Source: an uncultured Candidatus Rokubacteria bacterium
GTDB lineage: Bacteria; Methylomirabilota; Methylomirabilia; Rokubacteriales; DASRDR01
Direction: 5' to 3'
Assembly (NCBI GenBank): GCA_963749975.1
Contig: CAVVOZ010000016.1
Span: 8,496 to 72,495, forward strand
DNA: 64,000 bases
Positions 35,621 through 45,515 of this stretch are shown in pieces. How positions within the stretch are numbered: the stretch's first letter is position 1; each line of letters starts with the position of its first letter. The position numbers and the translations under genes are program-made. The notes beneath the pieces were generated by a model. That model was not told the origin of the DNA. It saw only the letters and a program-made list of their open reading frames with translations, and did no database searches.

Positions 35621-37141
35621 TCACGGCTTTGACGGAGCCAGCCGCTGCACGTCGGGGACGTCCTGGCCCGCGGCGTGGGCGAGCTGCTCGAGGCCGAAGA
35701 CGTAGGCGTAGAGCGCCTGGAGGTAGTCGGCTCGGGTCCGGGCATACTGCACGAAGGCGTCCGCCAGGTCGTCCGGATCCCCGACCCCCAGGTCCACGTT
35801 CGAGGAGCTCGCGACGAGCCACTGCTTGGCGTTGTCGTGCGCCTCCGACAGGACCCTGGTGTTCCGCTCGGCCTCGACCACCGTGGTGTACGCGTCGCGA
35901 ACCTGGAGCGGGATTCCGTCGAGGGCGTGGTCCCGCAGGGCTTCGAGCTTCTGGACCTCCGCCTCGGCTTCCTTGATCTTGCCGGCGCGGATCCCGAAGT
36001 CGAGGTTGTACTTGAAGCCGATGACCGGCCCCACCGCGGTGTGGTAGAGGGGGTCGATGACGTAGGGGTTCTCGAGCCGGTCTCGGTTGGTCGCGTACGC
36101 GAGATCGCCCAGGAGGCCGACGAAGAAGAGCGGATAGCCCTGCTTGCGCTCGACCTCGACCAGTCTCCGGCGCGCCTCGATGCCCTCCCGGAGCTGGGAG
36201 AACTCCGGCCGCCCGGCGAGCGCGTTCTGAACGTACAGGTCCAGCGCCGGGATGGGCTTCATGTCCGCCGGCAGGACCTCATCCGTCGGGTCGACGGCCA
36301 CCCCCTTGGGCTGGCCCGTCCACGTTCCCAGGGCCTGGGTGGCCAGGTCTATCGTCTTGTCCGTGAGGTTGATGTACCGCTCGAGCTCACCGCGCTTGGA
36401 GCGAAACCGGTAGAGGTCGATGTCGGTCGCGAATCCGCCCTCCACCAGCCGCTCGGTCCGCGCGATCGCCTGGTCGACCTGATCGCGCACCTCGACCAGG
36501 AACGCGCGGATCGCCTTGGCCGTCACGGCCCCCCAGTACGCCTGCTTCACGCGGAGCGCGACCTCGGTGCTCTTGACGTCGACGCCAGCCTGCGCGGCCC
36601 GGACGCCGTGGTCGGCGGCCAGGCGCGCGTTCTCGACAAGGCCCCACGTGAAGATGGGCTGGATGATGCTGACCGTGCCCCGCACGAACGCGCCCGTGAT
36701 GTCCGGGGAGTACTGGTCGTCAGGGGAGGCGACCTGGTTCCCGCGGGCCCGGGGTGACGGGCCGAGCACGGTCTGGACCTCGATCTGCGGGCGGCCGATC
36801 CCGACGGCCTGGAGCTGCTTGCCGCGGAAGCCCTCGAGCTCTGCGATCGCCTGGCGGGTCTCGGGGCTCCGCCCGAGCGCCGCCCGGAGGCTCGCCTCCA
36901 GCGTCAGCCGGACGGCCGGCGGTCCCAGGACGGACGCCGACTGGGCGGGAGTAGCCGGAGCCGAAGGCGTCGACGTTCCCTGCGTGGCCGGTGGGGGCGT
37001 GGTGCCCTGAGCCCCGACCGATCCCGGGGTGAGCGTTGCGCCCAGCATCAAGACCAGCGCCACGGGCAGCACCCGGACGGGCACGCGCGTGCCGGGCCGC
37101 GCTGCCGGGGCGCCGGAAGTGAGGGGACGGTGCCAGCGCAT
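35621..37141 (-). CDS. TolC-family outer-membrane protein
   Basis: Signal peptide plus a Thr/Pro-rich linker, then two OEP-type repeats (LTLEASLRAALGRSPE...; ...ALAGRPEFSQLREGIEARR...YLQALYAYVFGLEQL). Confidence 0.75.
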   Translation of the reverse strand: MRWHRPLTSGAPAARPGTRVPVRVLPVALVLMLGATLTPGSVGAQGTTPPPATQGTSTPSAPATPAQSASVLGPPAVRLTLEASLRAALGRSPETRQAIAELEGFRGKQLQAVGIGRPQIEVQTVLGPSPRARGNQVASPDDQYSPDITGAFVRGTVSIIQPIFTWGLVENARLAADHGVRAAQAGVDVKSTEVALRVKQAYWGAVTAKAIRAFLVEVRDQVDQAIARTERLVEGGFATDIDLYRFRSKRGELERYINLTDKTIDLATQALGTWTGQPKGVAVDPTDEVLPADMKPIPALDLYVQNALAGRPEFSQLREGIEARRRLVEVERKQGYPLFFVGLLGDLAYATNRDRLENPYVIDPLYHTAVGPVIGFKYNLDFGIRAGKIKEAEAEVQKLEALRDHALDGIPLQVRDAYTTVVEAERNTRVLSEAHDNAKQWLVASSSNVDLGVGDPDDLADAFVQYARTRADYLQALYAYVFGLEQLAHAAGQDVPDVQRLAPSKP

Positions 37142-37145
37142 GAGT

Positions 37146-37583
37146 CTACACCTTGCCGAATACGTACTTCGAGATCAACTCCTCGATGTCGACCGGCGCT
37201 TCGACCTCGGTGAGGCGCCCACCGGCCGGCACGAGCTTGTCCGAGCCTCCCGGGCTGATCTGGATGAACTTCTCGCCGATGAGACCCTTCGTCTTGATCG
37301 AGACGATTGCGTCGGTCTGGAGCTTCACGGCGTCGTCGATCCGGAGGGCGACCCGTGCCTGGTACTCCTTGAGCCCGATCGACTGCACCCGGCCGACCGA
37401 GACGCCGGCGATCTCCACGGCCGCTCCGGACTTGAGCCCGCCCACGGTCGGAAAGTCCGCGTAGACGACGTAGCCCTGACGGCCCAGGACGTCGACCTTG
37501 CCCAGATTCATGGACAGGTACGCCAGCGCGAGGATTCCCGCGACCATGAACAGCCCGACTCCGAGCTCCACTCGTCGCCCCAT
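37146..37583 (-). CDS. mlaD: MlaD (MCE-domain) protein
   Basis: N-terminal TM helix, then the MCE domain ...YADFPTVGGLKSGAAVEIAGVSVGRVQSI...VSIKTKGLIGEKFIQISPG. Confidence 0.85.
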   Translation of the reverse strand: MGRRVELGVGLFMVAGILALAYLSMNLGKVDVLGRQGYVVYADFPTVGGLKSGAAVEIAGVSVGRVQSIGLKEYQARVALRIDDAVKLQTDAIVSIKTKGLIGEKFIQISPGGSDKLVPAGGRLTEVEAPVDIEELISKYVFGKV

Positions 37584-37636
37584 GACGGCCTCCGTGCCTT
37601 CTTTGCGCGCTTCCGCTTTGACCAGCTAGATGGCAG

Positions 37637-38398
37637 CTAGACGGCCTGCTCCTCGACCTCGCCGTGGATGAATCGACGCACCGCCGGGTCGCTGGAGCCC
37701 TGGATCTCCTCCGGCGTGCCCACCATGTGGATCCGCCCTTCGTGGAGCACCGCGACACGGTGGGCGATCTGGAAGATCTCCGGGATCTCGTGACTGACCA
37801 TGACGGCCGTGAAGCCGAACTTTCGATGAAGCCCGACGACCAGATGGTGGATCGAGTTGACGAGGATGGGGTCGAGCCCGGTCGTCGGCTCGTCGAGGAA
37901 CACCACCTGGGGCTCGGTGACCAGCGCCCGAGCGATGGCAACGCGCTTCCGCATGCCTCCGGAGATCTCGGCCGGGTACTTGTGGCCCATCTCCCCGAGG
38001 CCGACCTGGGCCAGGGCTTCCTGGGCCCGTGGCAGGAGATCGGACTGGGGAAGCCGGCGGCGCTCCCGGATCGGGAACAGGATGTTCTCGAGCACGGTGA
38101 GCGAGTCGAAGAGGGCGCCTCCCTGGAACACGACCCCGAAGCGCTCCCGGATCCGGTCGAGGGCCTGCCCGCGGAGGCTCGCCACGTCCTGGCCGTCGAT
38201 GATCACGCGCCCGGCATCCGGCCGGACCAGCCCGAGGAGGTGCCGGAGGAGCACGGACTTGCCGCCCCCGGACCGCCCGATGACGACCATCAGCTCGGCC
38301 GGCGCGATCTCGAGGTCGATCCCGCGGAGAACCTCCTGGCGTCCGAAGCGCTTGCGGAGCCCCTCGACCCGGATCGCGGGGGCCGGCGCTCCCGTCAC
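37637..38398 (-). CDS. mlaF: MlaF-type ABC transporter ATP-binding protein
   Basis: Walker A GRSGGGKS, signature ISGGMRKRVAIARAL, Walker B VVFLDEPTTGLD. The GTG start overlaps the mlaE stop as GTGA. Confidence 0.9.
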   Translation of the reverse strand: MTGAPAPAIRVEGLRKRFGRQEVLRGIDLEIAPAELMVVIGRSGGGKSVLLRHLLGLVRPDAGRVIIDGQDVASLRGQALDRIRERFGVVFQGGALFDSLTVLENILFPIRERRRLPQSDLLPRAQEALAQVGLGEMGHKYPAEISGGMRKRVAIARALVTEPQVVFLDEPTTGLDPILVNSIHHLVVGLHRKFGFTAVMVSHEIPEIFQIAHRVAVLHEGRIHMVGTPEEIQGSSDPAVRRFIHGEVEEQAV

Positions 38399-39180
38399 GG
38401 CATCACCGAGCCCAGGAGGTAGTCGAGCACGAGGATGAGGACCGACGCGAGCACGACCGCCTCGGTCGTGGCGCGCCCCACGCCCTCGGCGCCGTGGCCG
38501 ACGTTGAAGCCCTTGTAGCAGGCGACCCACGTGATGACGAGCCCGAACACGAGCGCCTTCCAGAAGCCGACCCAGATGTCCTCGGTGTCCAGGAAGGCCT
38601 GGATCTGCCCGAAGTAGGTTCCGGAGGACATCCCGAAGAGCTTCACCGTCACGAGATAGCCGCCGTAGATGCCCACGACGTCGAATACCCAGGCGAGGAG
38701 GGGAAGGGCGACGAGCCCCGCCACCAGCGTCGGCACGACCAGGTACCGCATCGGGTTGAGCGCCATCACGGTCAGCGCGTCGATCTGCTCGGTGATGCGC
38801 ATGACGCCGATCTCGGCGGCGAGGGCCGATCCCGCGCGTCCGGTCACCATCAGCGCGGCGAGCACCGGGCCGAGCTCACGCACGAGCGCGATCGCCACCA
38901 GCGGGCCCACGAAGGCCTCCGAGCCGACGCGCTGCAGCATCAGCATGCCCTGGAGCCCGAGGACCATTCCGGTGAACGCCCCGGTCAGAAGGATCACGGA
39001 CATCGATCGAAAGCCCACGAACCAGACTCGCTGGAGCGCCTGGCGGGCCTTGAACGGCGGGACGACGGCCCAGCGCAGCGCCTCGCCCAGGAAGACGCCG
39101 AAGCGCCCGAGGGCCGAGAGGGTATCGAGGCCGAACCGCCCGAGACCCTGGATGGAGTCGAGGACGAGGGAACCGGGCAT
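38395..39180 (-). CDS. mlaE: MlaE-type ABC transporter permease
   Basis: ...FVGFRSMSVILLTGAFTGMVLGLQ...ELGPVLAALMVTGRAGSALAAEIGVMRITEQIDAL... is the typical MlaE/Ttg2B core. It starts 41 nt after the shc stop. Confidence 0.9.
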   Translation of the reverse strand: MPGSLVLDSIQGLGRFGLDTLSALGRFGVFLGEALRWAVVPPFKARQALQRVWFVGFRSMSVILLTGAFTGMVLGLQGMLMLQRVGSEAFVGPLVAIALVRELGPVLAALMVTGRAGSALAAEIGVMRITEQIDALTVMALNPMRYLVVPTLVAGLVALPLLAWVFDVVGIYGGYLVTVKLFGMSSGTYFGQIQAFLDTEDIWVGFWKALVFGLVITWVACYKGFNVGHGAEGVGRATTEAVVLASVLILVLDYLLGSVMP

Positions 39181-39221
39181 TCGGGGGTGAACGGGTCTGT
39201 GGCTTGGGCTCCCGCCGGGCT

Positions 39222-41111
39222 CTACCGCGTGAGCCGGCGCCACGCTCCGAGCGCCCACAGGGGGAAGTAGTGGGCGTAGAGGTGGTACTGCAGGTAGAAG
39301 ACCCGAGGAAAGCCGGTTCCGTTCCAGAGCTGGTCGTCCCAGCCGCCATCGGCTCGCTGGCCCCGCAGGAGGAACTCGATGCCACGCTCGACCACCGGGG
39401 TGGCCGCCTGGCCCGCGGCCATCAGGCCGAGCAGGGCCCACGCCGTCTGGCTCGGTCCCGATGCCCCGCGTCCCTTGAGGTGGGCGTCGGCGTAGGAATC
39501 GCAGGTCTCGCCCCAGCCGCCATCCGGATTCTGGCGAGCCTCGAGCCATCGGATCGCACGCCCGACCATGGGATCGTCGGCGCGGAGCCCGATCGCCTCG
39601 AGTCCCCGGAGGACCGACCACGTCCCGTAGAGGTAGTTCACGCCCCAGCGCCCGTGCCACGCGCCCTCGGGCGTCTGGGTTCGGCGGAGGAACGCGAGGC
39701 CCCGCTGGATCGCCGGGTCGTCACGCGGGACCCCCAGCCGCCCGAAGCACTCGATGCAGCGCGCGGTGAGGTCTTCCGTGGCCGGGTCGAGGAGCGCCCC
39801 GTGATCGGCGAACGGGATGTTGTTGAAGAGCAGCCGCGTCTGATCCGTGTCGAACGACGCCCAGCCCCCGTCCTTGCCCTGCATGCCCCGGAGCCACCGC
39901 ACGGCGCGGTCGATGGCAAGGCGCCGCCGGCCGTCGTCCGGATGGTCGATCTGGGCCAGCCCCATGGCGACCACCGCGGTGTCGTCGAGATCCGGGTAGA
40001 AGGGGTTGTCGAACTGGAAGGCCCAGCCGCCGGGCGCGAGCCCCGGACGCTTGACCTGCCAGTCTCCCGTCTCGAGCACCTGACGGTCCAGGAGCCAGTC
40101 CGCGGCGCGAATGACGGCCGGGTGCGAGCTCGGGAGCCCCGACGCCAGAAGGGCGTTGACCGCGAGCGCGGTGTCCCAGACGGGGGACACGCACGGCTGG
40201 ACGTGGAAACGACGCGGCTCCTCGACGCCGAGCGCCTCGATCTCCTTGATCTGCCCCGCGATCAGTCCGTGATCATCCGGGTAGCCCAGGAGCCGCATCG
40301 CCAGGATCCCGTTCACCATGGCGGGATAGATGCCACCCAGGCCGCCCGGGACGGTCATCCGAGGAACCAGCCAGTCGTGGGCGGCACGGATCGCCCGGGC
40401 GCGCCAGGGGCGAGGTCCGAAGGCCTCCCACGTCTTGAGGAAGCCGTCGACGCCGATGAAGATGTTCTTCCACGACACGAGCCCGCGGCGCGCATACGCC
40501 GGGTCGTCGAGGTGGAGGTGATGCGCCCACAGCTCGTCGATGCCCCAGCCGCGCGGAACGGGGTGCACCGGCCGGCGGTCCATGACGATCAGGAGGGGGA
40601 TGAGGACCGTCCTCGACCAGTAGGAGATCTCCCAGATGTTGAAGTAGGACCACCGGGGCAGCAGCATGATCTCGACCGGCATCGCCGGCACGCCGCCCCA
40701 GGGGTACTGGCCGAACAGGGCCAGGGTGATCTTGGTGAACACGTTGGCCTGGGTCGGCCCGCCCCGCTCCAGGATCCACTCCCGGGCGCGAGCCATGGCG
40801 GGATCGGCCGGGGAGACCTGGGCCATCTTCATGGCGAAGTACGCCTTGATGGTCGCCGAGAGGTCGCCGGCCCCGGCCTGGTAGAGGTTCCACGAGCCGT
40901 CCGTGCCCTGCCGGTCCCTGAGGTACGCGACCGCCTTCTGCTCGAGGTCCCGATCCACGGTCCCGAGGAGATGGCGGAGGAGGACGTACTCGGACGTGAT
41001 GGTGGAGTCGGCCTCCAGCTCCCCGACCCAGTCCCCGGCCGGGGACTGGAGCCGCAGGAGATGGTCCTGCGAGCGCCGGAGCGCCGCGTCGACTCGGCTC
41101 GTATCTACCAT
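39222..41111 (-). CDS. shc: Squalene-hopene cyclase
   Basis: QW repeats (e.g. RDRQGTDGSWN, LLDRQVLETGDW, LRGMQGKDGGW, ARQNPDGGWG, GQRADGGW) and the catalytic DxDDTA motif (YPDLDDTAVV). Confidence 0.95.
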   Translation of the reverse strand: MVDTSRVDAALRRSQDHLLRLQSPAGDWVGELEADSTITSEYVLLRHLLGTVDRDLEQKAVAYLRDRQGTDGSWNLYQAGAGDLSATIKAYFAMKMAQVSPADPAMARAREWILERGGPTQANVFTKITLALFGQYPWGGVPAMPVEIMLLPRWSYFNIWEISYWSRTVLIPLLIVMDRRPVHPVPRGWGIDELWAHHLHLDDPAYARRGLVSWKNIFIGVDGFLKTWEAFGPRPWRARAIRAAHDWLVPRMTVPGGLGGIYPAMVNGILAMRLLGYPDDHGLIAGQIKEIEALGVEEPRRFHVQPCVSPVWDTALAVNALLASGLPSSHPAVIRAADWLLDRQVLETGDWQVKRPGLAPGGWAFQFDNPFYPDLDDTAVVAMGLAQIDHPDDGRRRLAIDRAVRWLRGMQGKDGGWASFDTDQTRLLFNNIPFADHGALLDPATEDLTARCIECFGRLGVPRDDPAIQRGLAFLRRTQTPEGAWHGRWGVNYLYGTWSVLRGLEAIGLRADDPMVGRAIRWLEARQNPDGGWGETCDSYADAHLKGRGASGPSQTAWALLGLMAAGQAATPVVERGIEFLLRGQRADGGWDDQLWNGTGFPRVFYLQYHLYAHYFPLWALGAWRRLTR

Positions 41112-41156
41112 TGATCGCTGGTGTCGCTGGTCGGGTTGATTGGGGCTTAGTGTAGC

Positions 41157-42014
41157 ATGGGTGGCTCGGGACCGATGGGCGGCGGCGACCAGCTCTTCAT
41201 CTTCGCAGGGCTCGGGGCAGCGCTCGGGCGCGCGTGGGGCAGCGTCCTCCTGCGCCCGTACGTGTTCGGGTTCCTCGCCGTGTACCTCACCGCTGCGGCG
41301 GCGGTGTGGGGCTGGCGGCGCGCGGCGGCGTTCACCGTCTGGGCCGGGGGCCTGGCGTTCGCCGCCGAGTGGAGCTCGACCCGCACCGGGATCCCGTTCG
41401 GGCTCTACCACTACACCGGGGCGACCGTGGGGCGGGAGCTCTACCTCTCGAACGTCCCCTTCTTCGACTCCGTGTCCTTCACGTTTCTCGCGTACGCGAG
41501 TCTCGGGCTGGCCGGGCAGCTCCTCGGCGCCGGGGAAGAGGCGGCCCAGGCCCGGACCGGCGCGCGCCTTCGCCTGGCTGGCCTGGCGGGACTCCTCATG
41601 ATGTGGCTCGACATCGTGATCGATCCGCTGGCGGTGCGGGGCGACCGGTGGTTCCTCGGCCGGATCTTCTACTACCCGGAGCCCGGCTGGTACTTCGGGG
41701 TGCCGGTCGCGAACTTCGTCGGCTGGGTGCTCGTCGGCGCGGCGATCGCGTGGGGCTGGACGATCATCGGCCCTCGCGTCGGCGGCGCGCGGCCCGCCTG
41801 GGGGATGCGCTGGCCGGAGCACGGACGTCAGGCCGTGGCGCTCTACTATCTCGTGCTGGCCTTCAACCTGGCGATCACGGCGGCGGTGGCCGAGCCCGCG
41901 CTTCTCGGCGTCGGGGTTCTCCTCCACGTGCCGCTGGCAGCCGTTGTAGTATGCTCTCTACGATCGCGGGACCAGGCGGGCCGGATACCGGCGCGCGCTG
42001 GCGAGCCCGCATGA
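41157..42014 (+). CDS. Integral membrane protein of the 'carotenoid biosynthesis protein' (DUF422) family
   Basis: Multi-helix membrane protein with ...AEWSSTRTGIPFGLYHYT...SNVPFFDSVSFTFLAY...DPLAVRGDRWFLG...YFGVPVANFVGW.... It is divergent from shc. Confidence 0.5.
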   Translation: MGGSGPMGGGDQLFIFAGLGAALGRAWGSVLLRPYVFGFLAVYLTAAAAVWGWRRAAAFTVWAGGLAFAAEWSSTRTGIPFGLYHYTGATVGRELYLSNVPFFDSVSFTFLAYASLGLAGQLLGAGEEAAQARTGARLRLAGLAGLLMMWLDIVIDPLAVRGDRWFLGRIFYYPEPGWYFGVPVANFVGWVLVGAAIAWGWTIIGPRVGGARPAWGMRWPEHGRQAVALYYLVLAFNLAITAAVAEPALLGVGVLLHVPLAAVVVCSLRSRDQAGRIPARAGEPA

Positions 42015-42033
42015 GACCCGGCGAGCGGAGCGT

Positions 42034-43056
42034 ATGAGCGTACCCATCTCTCAGATGTGGACCGTCGCGAGCTACGTGCTCACGCAGCGGTTTCGTGGGC
42101 GCAAGCAGTACCCGCTCGTCCTCATGCTCGAGCCGCTGTTCCGCTGCAACCTCGCCTGTGCGGGCTGCGGCAAGATCCAGTATCCGGGCCAGATCCTCCG
42201 GAAGAACCTCAGCGTCGAGCAGTGTCTCAAGGCCGTCGACGAGTGCGGCGCCCCCATCGTGTCCATCCCGGGCGGCGAGCCTCTCATGTACCCGGAGATC
42301 GGGCGGCTCGTGACGGAGCTGGTCGCGCGGAAGAAGTACATCTATCTCTGCACGAACGCCATCCTGCTCAAGGAGAAGCTCGACGCCGGCGTCTTCACGC
42401 CGTCGAAGTACCTCTCCTTCAGCATCCACATGGATGGGCTCCGGGAGGAGCACGACGAGGCCGTCTGCAAGGACGGCGTCTTCGACCAGGCCGTCGAGGG
42501 GATCCGGGAGGCGCTCCGCCGGGGATATCGCGTGACGACGAACACCACCCTGTTCGACGGCGCCAATCCCGAGCGGGTGCGGCAGTTCTTCGACGCGATG
42601 ATGGACCTCGGCGTGGAGGGGATGATGGTGTCCCCCGGCTACAGCTACTCGAAGGCGCCCGATCAGGAGCACTTCCTGCGCAAGCAGCGGGCCAACGACC
42701 TCTTCCGACGCATCCTGTCGAGCCCGAAGCGGCGGTGGCGGTTCAACCAGTCTCCGCTGTTCCTCCAGTTCCTCATGGGGAAGCGGGACTACGAGTGCAC
42801 GCCCTGGGGGAATCCGACCTTCAACGTCTTCGGCTGGCAGCGCCCGTGCTACCTCCTCCAGGAGGGCTACGCGCCGAGCTTCGAGGATCTGCTCCGGGGC
42901 ACGCGGTGGGAGCGCTACGGGAAGCGGAGCGGCAACGAGAAGTGCCGCGACTGCATGGTCCACTGCGGGTTCGAGGCGACGGCCGTCCAGGAGACCTTCT
43001 CCAGCTGGCGCGGATTCCGGGACACGGTGGTGGCCACCGTGACCGGACGTGCGTGA
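42034..43056 (+). CDS. hpnH: Adenosyl-hopene transferase HpnH (radical SAM)
   Basis: LEPLFRCNLACAGCGKIQYP (CxxxCxxC) ...GGEPLMYPEI...LCTNAILL...WGNPTFNVFGWQRPCYLL...CRDCMVHCGFE. Confidence 0.9.
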   Translation: MSVPISQMWTVASYVLTQRFRGRKQYPLVLMLEPLFRCNLACAGCGKIQYPGQILRKNLSVEQCLKAVDECGAPIVSIPGGEPLMYPEIGRLVTELVARKKYIYLCTNAILLKEKLDAGVFTPSKYLSFSIHMDGLREEHDEAVCKDGVFDQAVEGIREALRRGYRVTTNTTLFDGANPERVRQFFDAMMDLGVEGMMVSPGYSYSKAPDQEHFLRKQRANDLFRRILSSPKRRWRFNQSPLFLQFLMGKRDYECTPWGNPTFNVFGWQRPCYLLQEGYAPSFEDLLRGTRWERYGKRSGNEKCRDCMVHCGFEATAVQETFSSWRGFRDTVVATVTGRA

Positions 43057-43404
43057 TGGAGGTCGAGAAGACCCTCGAGGGGTGGGCGCCCGAGCCGGAT
43101 GCCGAGATGTCTCTCGCCCACATCGTCGAGCTCGCCTTCGACTACCGGGGCAACACCACGGTCGTGAAGCGGGACGGTACGGAGCATCCACGGCTACGTG
43201 TTCAACCGGGACGCGGACGCTCCGGTGCCGTACCTCGAGATGTTCGATGCCGAGGGCGGGGGACCCTACCGCGTTCCGTACGCGGAGGTGCGCACGATCC
43301 ACTTCACCGGAAAGGACACCGCGGCCGGGAAGTCCTACGCCGCATGGCTTGCCCGGAAGCAGGCGGAGAAGGCCGGACGGGCGGCGGGCCCACCGCCACC
43401 GTGA
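43056..43404 (+). CDS. Small conserved hypothetical protein in the hpn cluster; apparent +1 frame break near 43183-43190
   Basis: MEVEKTLEGWAPEPDAEMSLAHIVELAFDYRGNTTVVKRDGTE is in the first frame. It continues as IHGYVFNRDADAPVPYLEMFDAEGGGPYRVPYAEVRTIHFTGKD in the frame of ORF 43198..43404. The ATG overlaps the hpnH stop. Confidence 0.45.
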
Positions 43405-44128
43405 CGCAGGGGTCGAGCTCACGCGCGAGGGTCGCTTCCTCGTCGTCGCCGGCCTCGCCATGGAGGCCCGCGGACTGCTCCGGCGCTTGCCGCCGGCCAC
43501 CCGGCGGGCGCTGACCGTCCGGATCGTGGGCCCTCGCGCGACCCTCCTCGACCGTCTCGAGATCCCCCCGGCCTCGCGGGAGCCCGTGGGGCTGCTCGTG
43601 ACCGGGCTCGCGGGTGGCTGCGGGCCAGATCTCCGGCCGGGTGACGTCATCGTCGGCGACCCCGTGGCGACCCCAGGTGCGGAGTCCTGCAGTGACGCCG
43701 GGGATCCCGGCCTCCGACACCGGGCCACACGCGCCCTCGATGCCGCCCGGCTTCGCTACCGGGTCGGACGGCTCCTCACGGTGGACGACGTCGTGACGAG
43801 CCCGGCGGCGAAGGCGGAGTGGTGGGCGACGCAGCGCGTGCTGGCCGTCGACATGGAGAGCGCGCACGTCCTCGCCTGGGCCCGGCGCGCCGGGCTTCCC
43901 GCGCTGGCGGTCCGGGCCGTCGCGGACGGCCCCGAGGACGACGTACCGCGAGAGCTGCTCGGAGTGGTGGGGGCGGATGGCCGCACGCGCGCCCGCGCCG
44001 TGGCGCGCCTCCTCGGGCGTCCGGCTCTGGTCGGCGCGGCCTGGCGCCTCGGGCGTCGGTCGCACCAGGCGCTCGAGAGCCTTGCCCGGTTCATCCGGGC
44101 GTTCGTGGACACACCGGGCGAGCCCTGA
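43401..44128 (+). CDS. hpnG: Hopanoid-associated phosphorylase HpnG (PNP/UDP family); start unresolved
   Basis: FLVVAGLAMEARGL...LLVTGLAGGCGPDLRPGDVIV...AVDMESAHVLAWARRAGLPALAVRAVADG. The only start-like codon near the conserved N-terminus is GTG 43401 (a GTGA overlap), but it is one base out of frame with the rest of the gene. Confidence 0.7.
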
Positions 44129-45312
44129 GGCCTCTCGCCGCGCTCCTGGTCGGCTGCCTGCTCGCGCTGCCGCGCCCGGCGGCGGCGGACACCTCGTATT
44201 CCTTCTTTCCCTTGCCCGCGTTCGACACCGATCCGAACGAGGGGGAGACCTACGGCGTCCTGCCGGTCTGGATGTTCAAGGACGAGGAGGGGCGTATCCG
44301 GACCATCGTGGCCCCATCCATAACCTGGAACGAGATCCGCGGGGTGACGGGGACGTTCCGGTACTTCCTCTACGCGAGCGCCTTCGAGCGGCTGGAGCTC
44401 ATCGCCTCCTACTCGGAGAAGATCGACCGCGAGCTCAAGGTCCAGTACAAGAATCTCGACGTGTTCGGCGGCCGATTCCACACCGACTTCCAGTTTCTGC
44501 ACGAGCGCGTGTCCTCGATCCGCTTCTTCGGTATCGGCCCCTCATCGCAGAAGGAGGACGAGTCCAACATGACGCTGGAGACGACGGGGGGCTACGCCAT
44601 CTTTGGCGTCAACGTGACTCCGACCATGCGGCTGTCCCTCGGCGAGACCCTCCAGCGGTTCGAGGTCGCCCGAGGGGGTGTGCCGGGCCTACCGTTCACC
44701 GGCGACCTCTTCCCCGACCTCCCCGGGATCCAGGGCGCCACGATCCACGCCCAGCGGGTTGCCTTCATACACGACAACCGCGACTCGCTGACCACGCCGA
44801 CGCAGGGACTCTACGTCAGCGTGTTTGCCGAGGCCTCCACCGAGCTCCTCGGGAGCGACGCCGACTACATCAAGGCCGGCGCCGAAGGCAGGTACCTGAA
44901 GCCCTTCCTCGACCGCCGGGTCGTGCTGGTCCTGCGGGGACTCTTCGAGGGCATCTCGGGTGAGTCGAACACCCCCTTCCAGGTGCTGCCCACGCTGGGC
45001 GGGGTCGACACGCTGCGCGGCTTTGGCGAGAATCGCTTCTACGGGGACGCCCGGTTGCTCTTCAATGCCGAGGTGCGCGGCAGTGTGTTCCGCGGCCGCA
45101 TCTTCGGCGTCGACGCGGAGTTGCAGGTCGCGCCCTTCGTCGACGTCGGCAAGGTGTTCAACTCGCTCGAGCAGTTCCTCGACACCCCCTTCGAGATCAC
45201 TCCCGGTGTCGGGTTTCGCGGGCTGGCTCCGCCGAGCGTCGTCGGCCACATCGAGTTCGCGTTCAGCCGGGAGGGGCCGGCGATCTACGTCGGCCTCGAC
45301 TACCCCTTCTGA
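44125..45312 (+). CDS. Omp85/BamA-TamA-family outer-membrane beta-barrel protein (surface antigen domain only); CTG start candidate
   Basis: Signal peptide (L/M)RPLAALLVGCLLALPRPAAA. C-terminal barrel with ...LPTLGGVDTLRGFGENRFYGDA...VDVGKVF...PGVGFRG...EFAFSREGPAIYVGLDYPF. CTG 44125 overlaps the hpnG stop. Confidence 0.7.
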   Translation: MRPLAALLVGCLLALPRPAAADTSYSFFPLPAFDTDPNEGETYGVLPVWMFKDEEGRIRTIVAPSITWNEIRGVTGTFRYFLYASAFERLELIASYSEKIDRELKVQYKNLDVFGGRFHTDFQFLHERVSSIRFFGIGPSSQKEDESNMTLETTGGYAIFGVNVTPTMRLSLGETLQRFEVARGGVPGLPFTGDLFPDLPGIQGATIHAQRVAFIHDNRDSLTTPTQGLYVSVFAEASTELLGSDADYIKAGAEGRYLKPFLDRRVVLVLRGLFEGISGESNTPFQVLPTLGGVDTLRGFGENRFYGDARLLFNAEVRGSVFRGRIFGVDAELQVAPFVDVGKVFNSLEQFLDTPFEITPGVGFRGLAPPSVVGHIEFAFSREGPAIYVGLDYPF

Positions 45313-45515
45313 GCTGTGGCCGATCCGCGTCGCATCCCGTCGTCCTCGGTCGTCCGCGGCCCTCACCGTGCAGGAGTACGCCTCGGGCCGCCTCCTCCCT
45401 GCGTCTTTCTCACGGCCTGCGGCCTGTGGGGGCTGCTCGCGTCTCGCCCACGGCACACGGCTGACAGGGTTCGTTCGGACCTTCGTCCGAAAGCGCGGGT
45501 AGCGCTCGTGGCACG

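Noticed and set aside
43460-44128. Starting hpnG at the in-frame ATG 43460
   Set aside because: That start would delete the conserved N-terminal beta-strand (FLVVAGLAMEAR) of the nucleoside-phosphorylase fold, which is encoded in frame immediately upstream.
45313-45515. tRNA gene or intrinsic terminator in the Omp85-hpnA spacer
   Set aside because: No cloverleaf-compatible arms or anticodon-loop context could be built by eye. The GCGGCCC...GGGCCGC inverted repeat has a 22-nt loop and no convincing U-tract.
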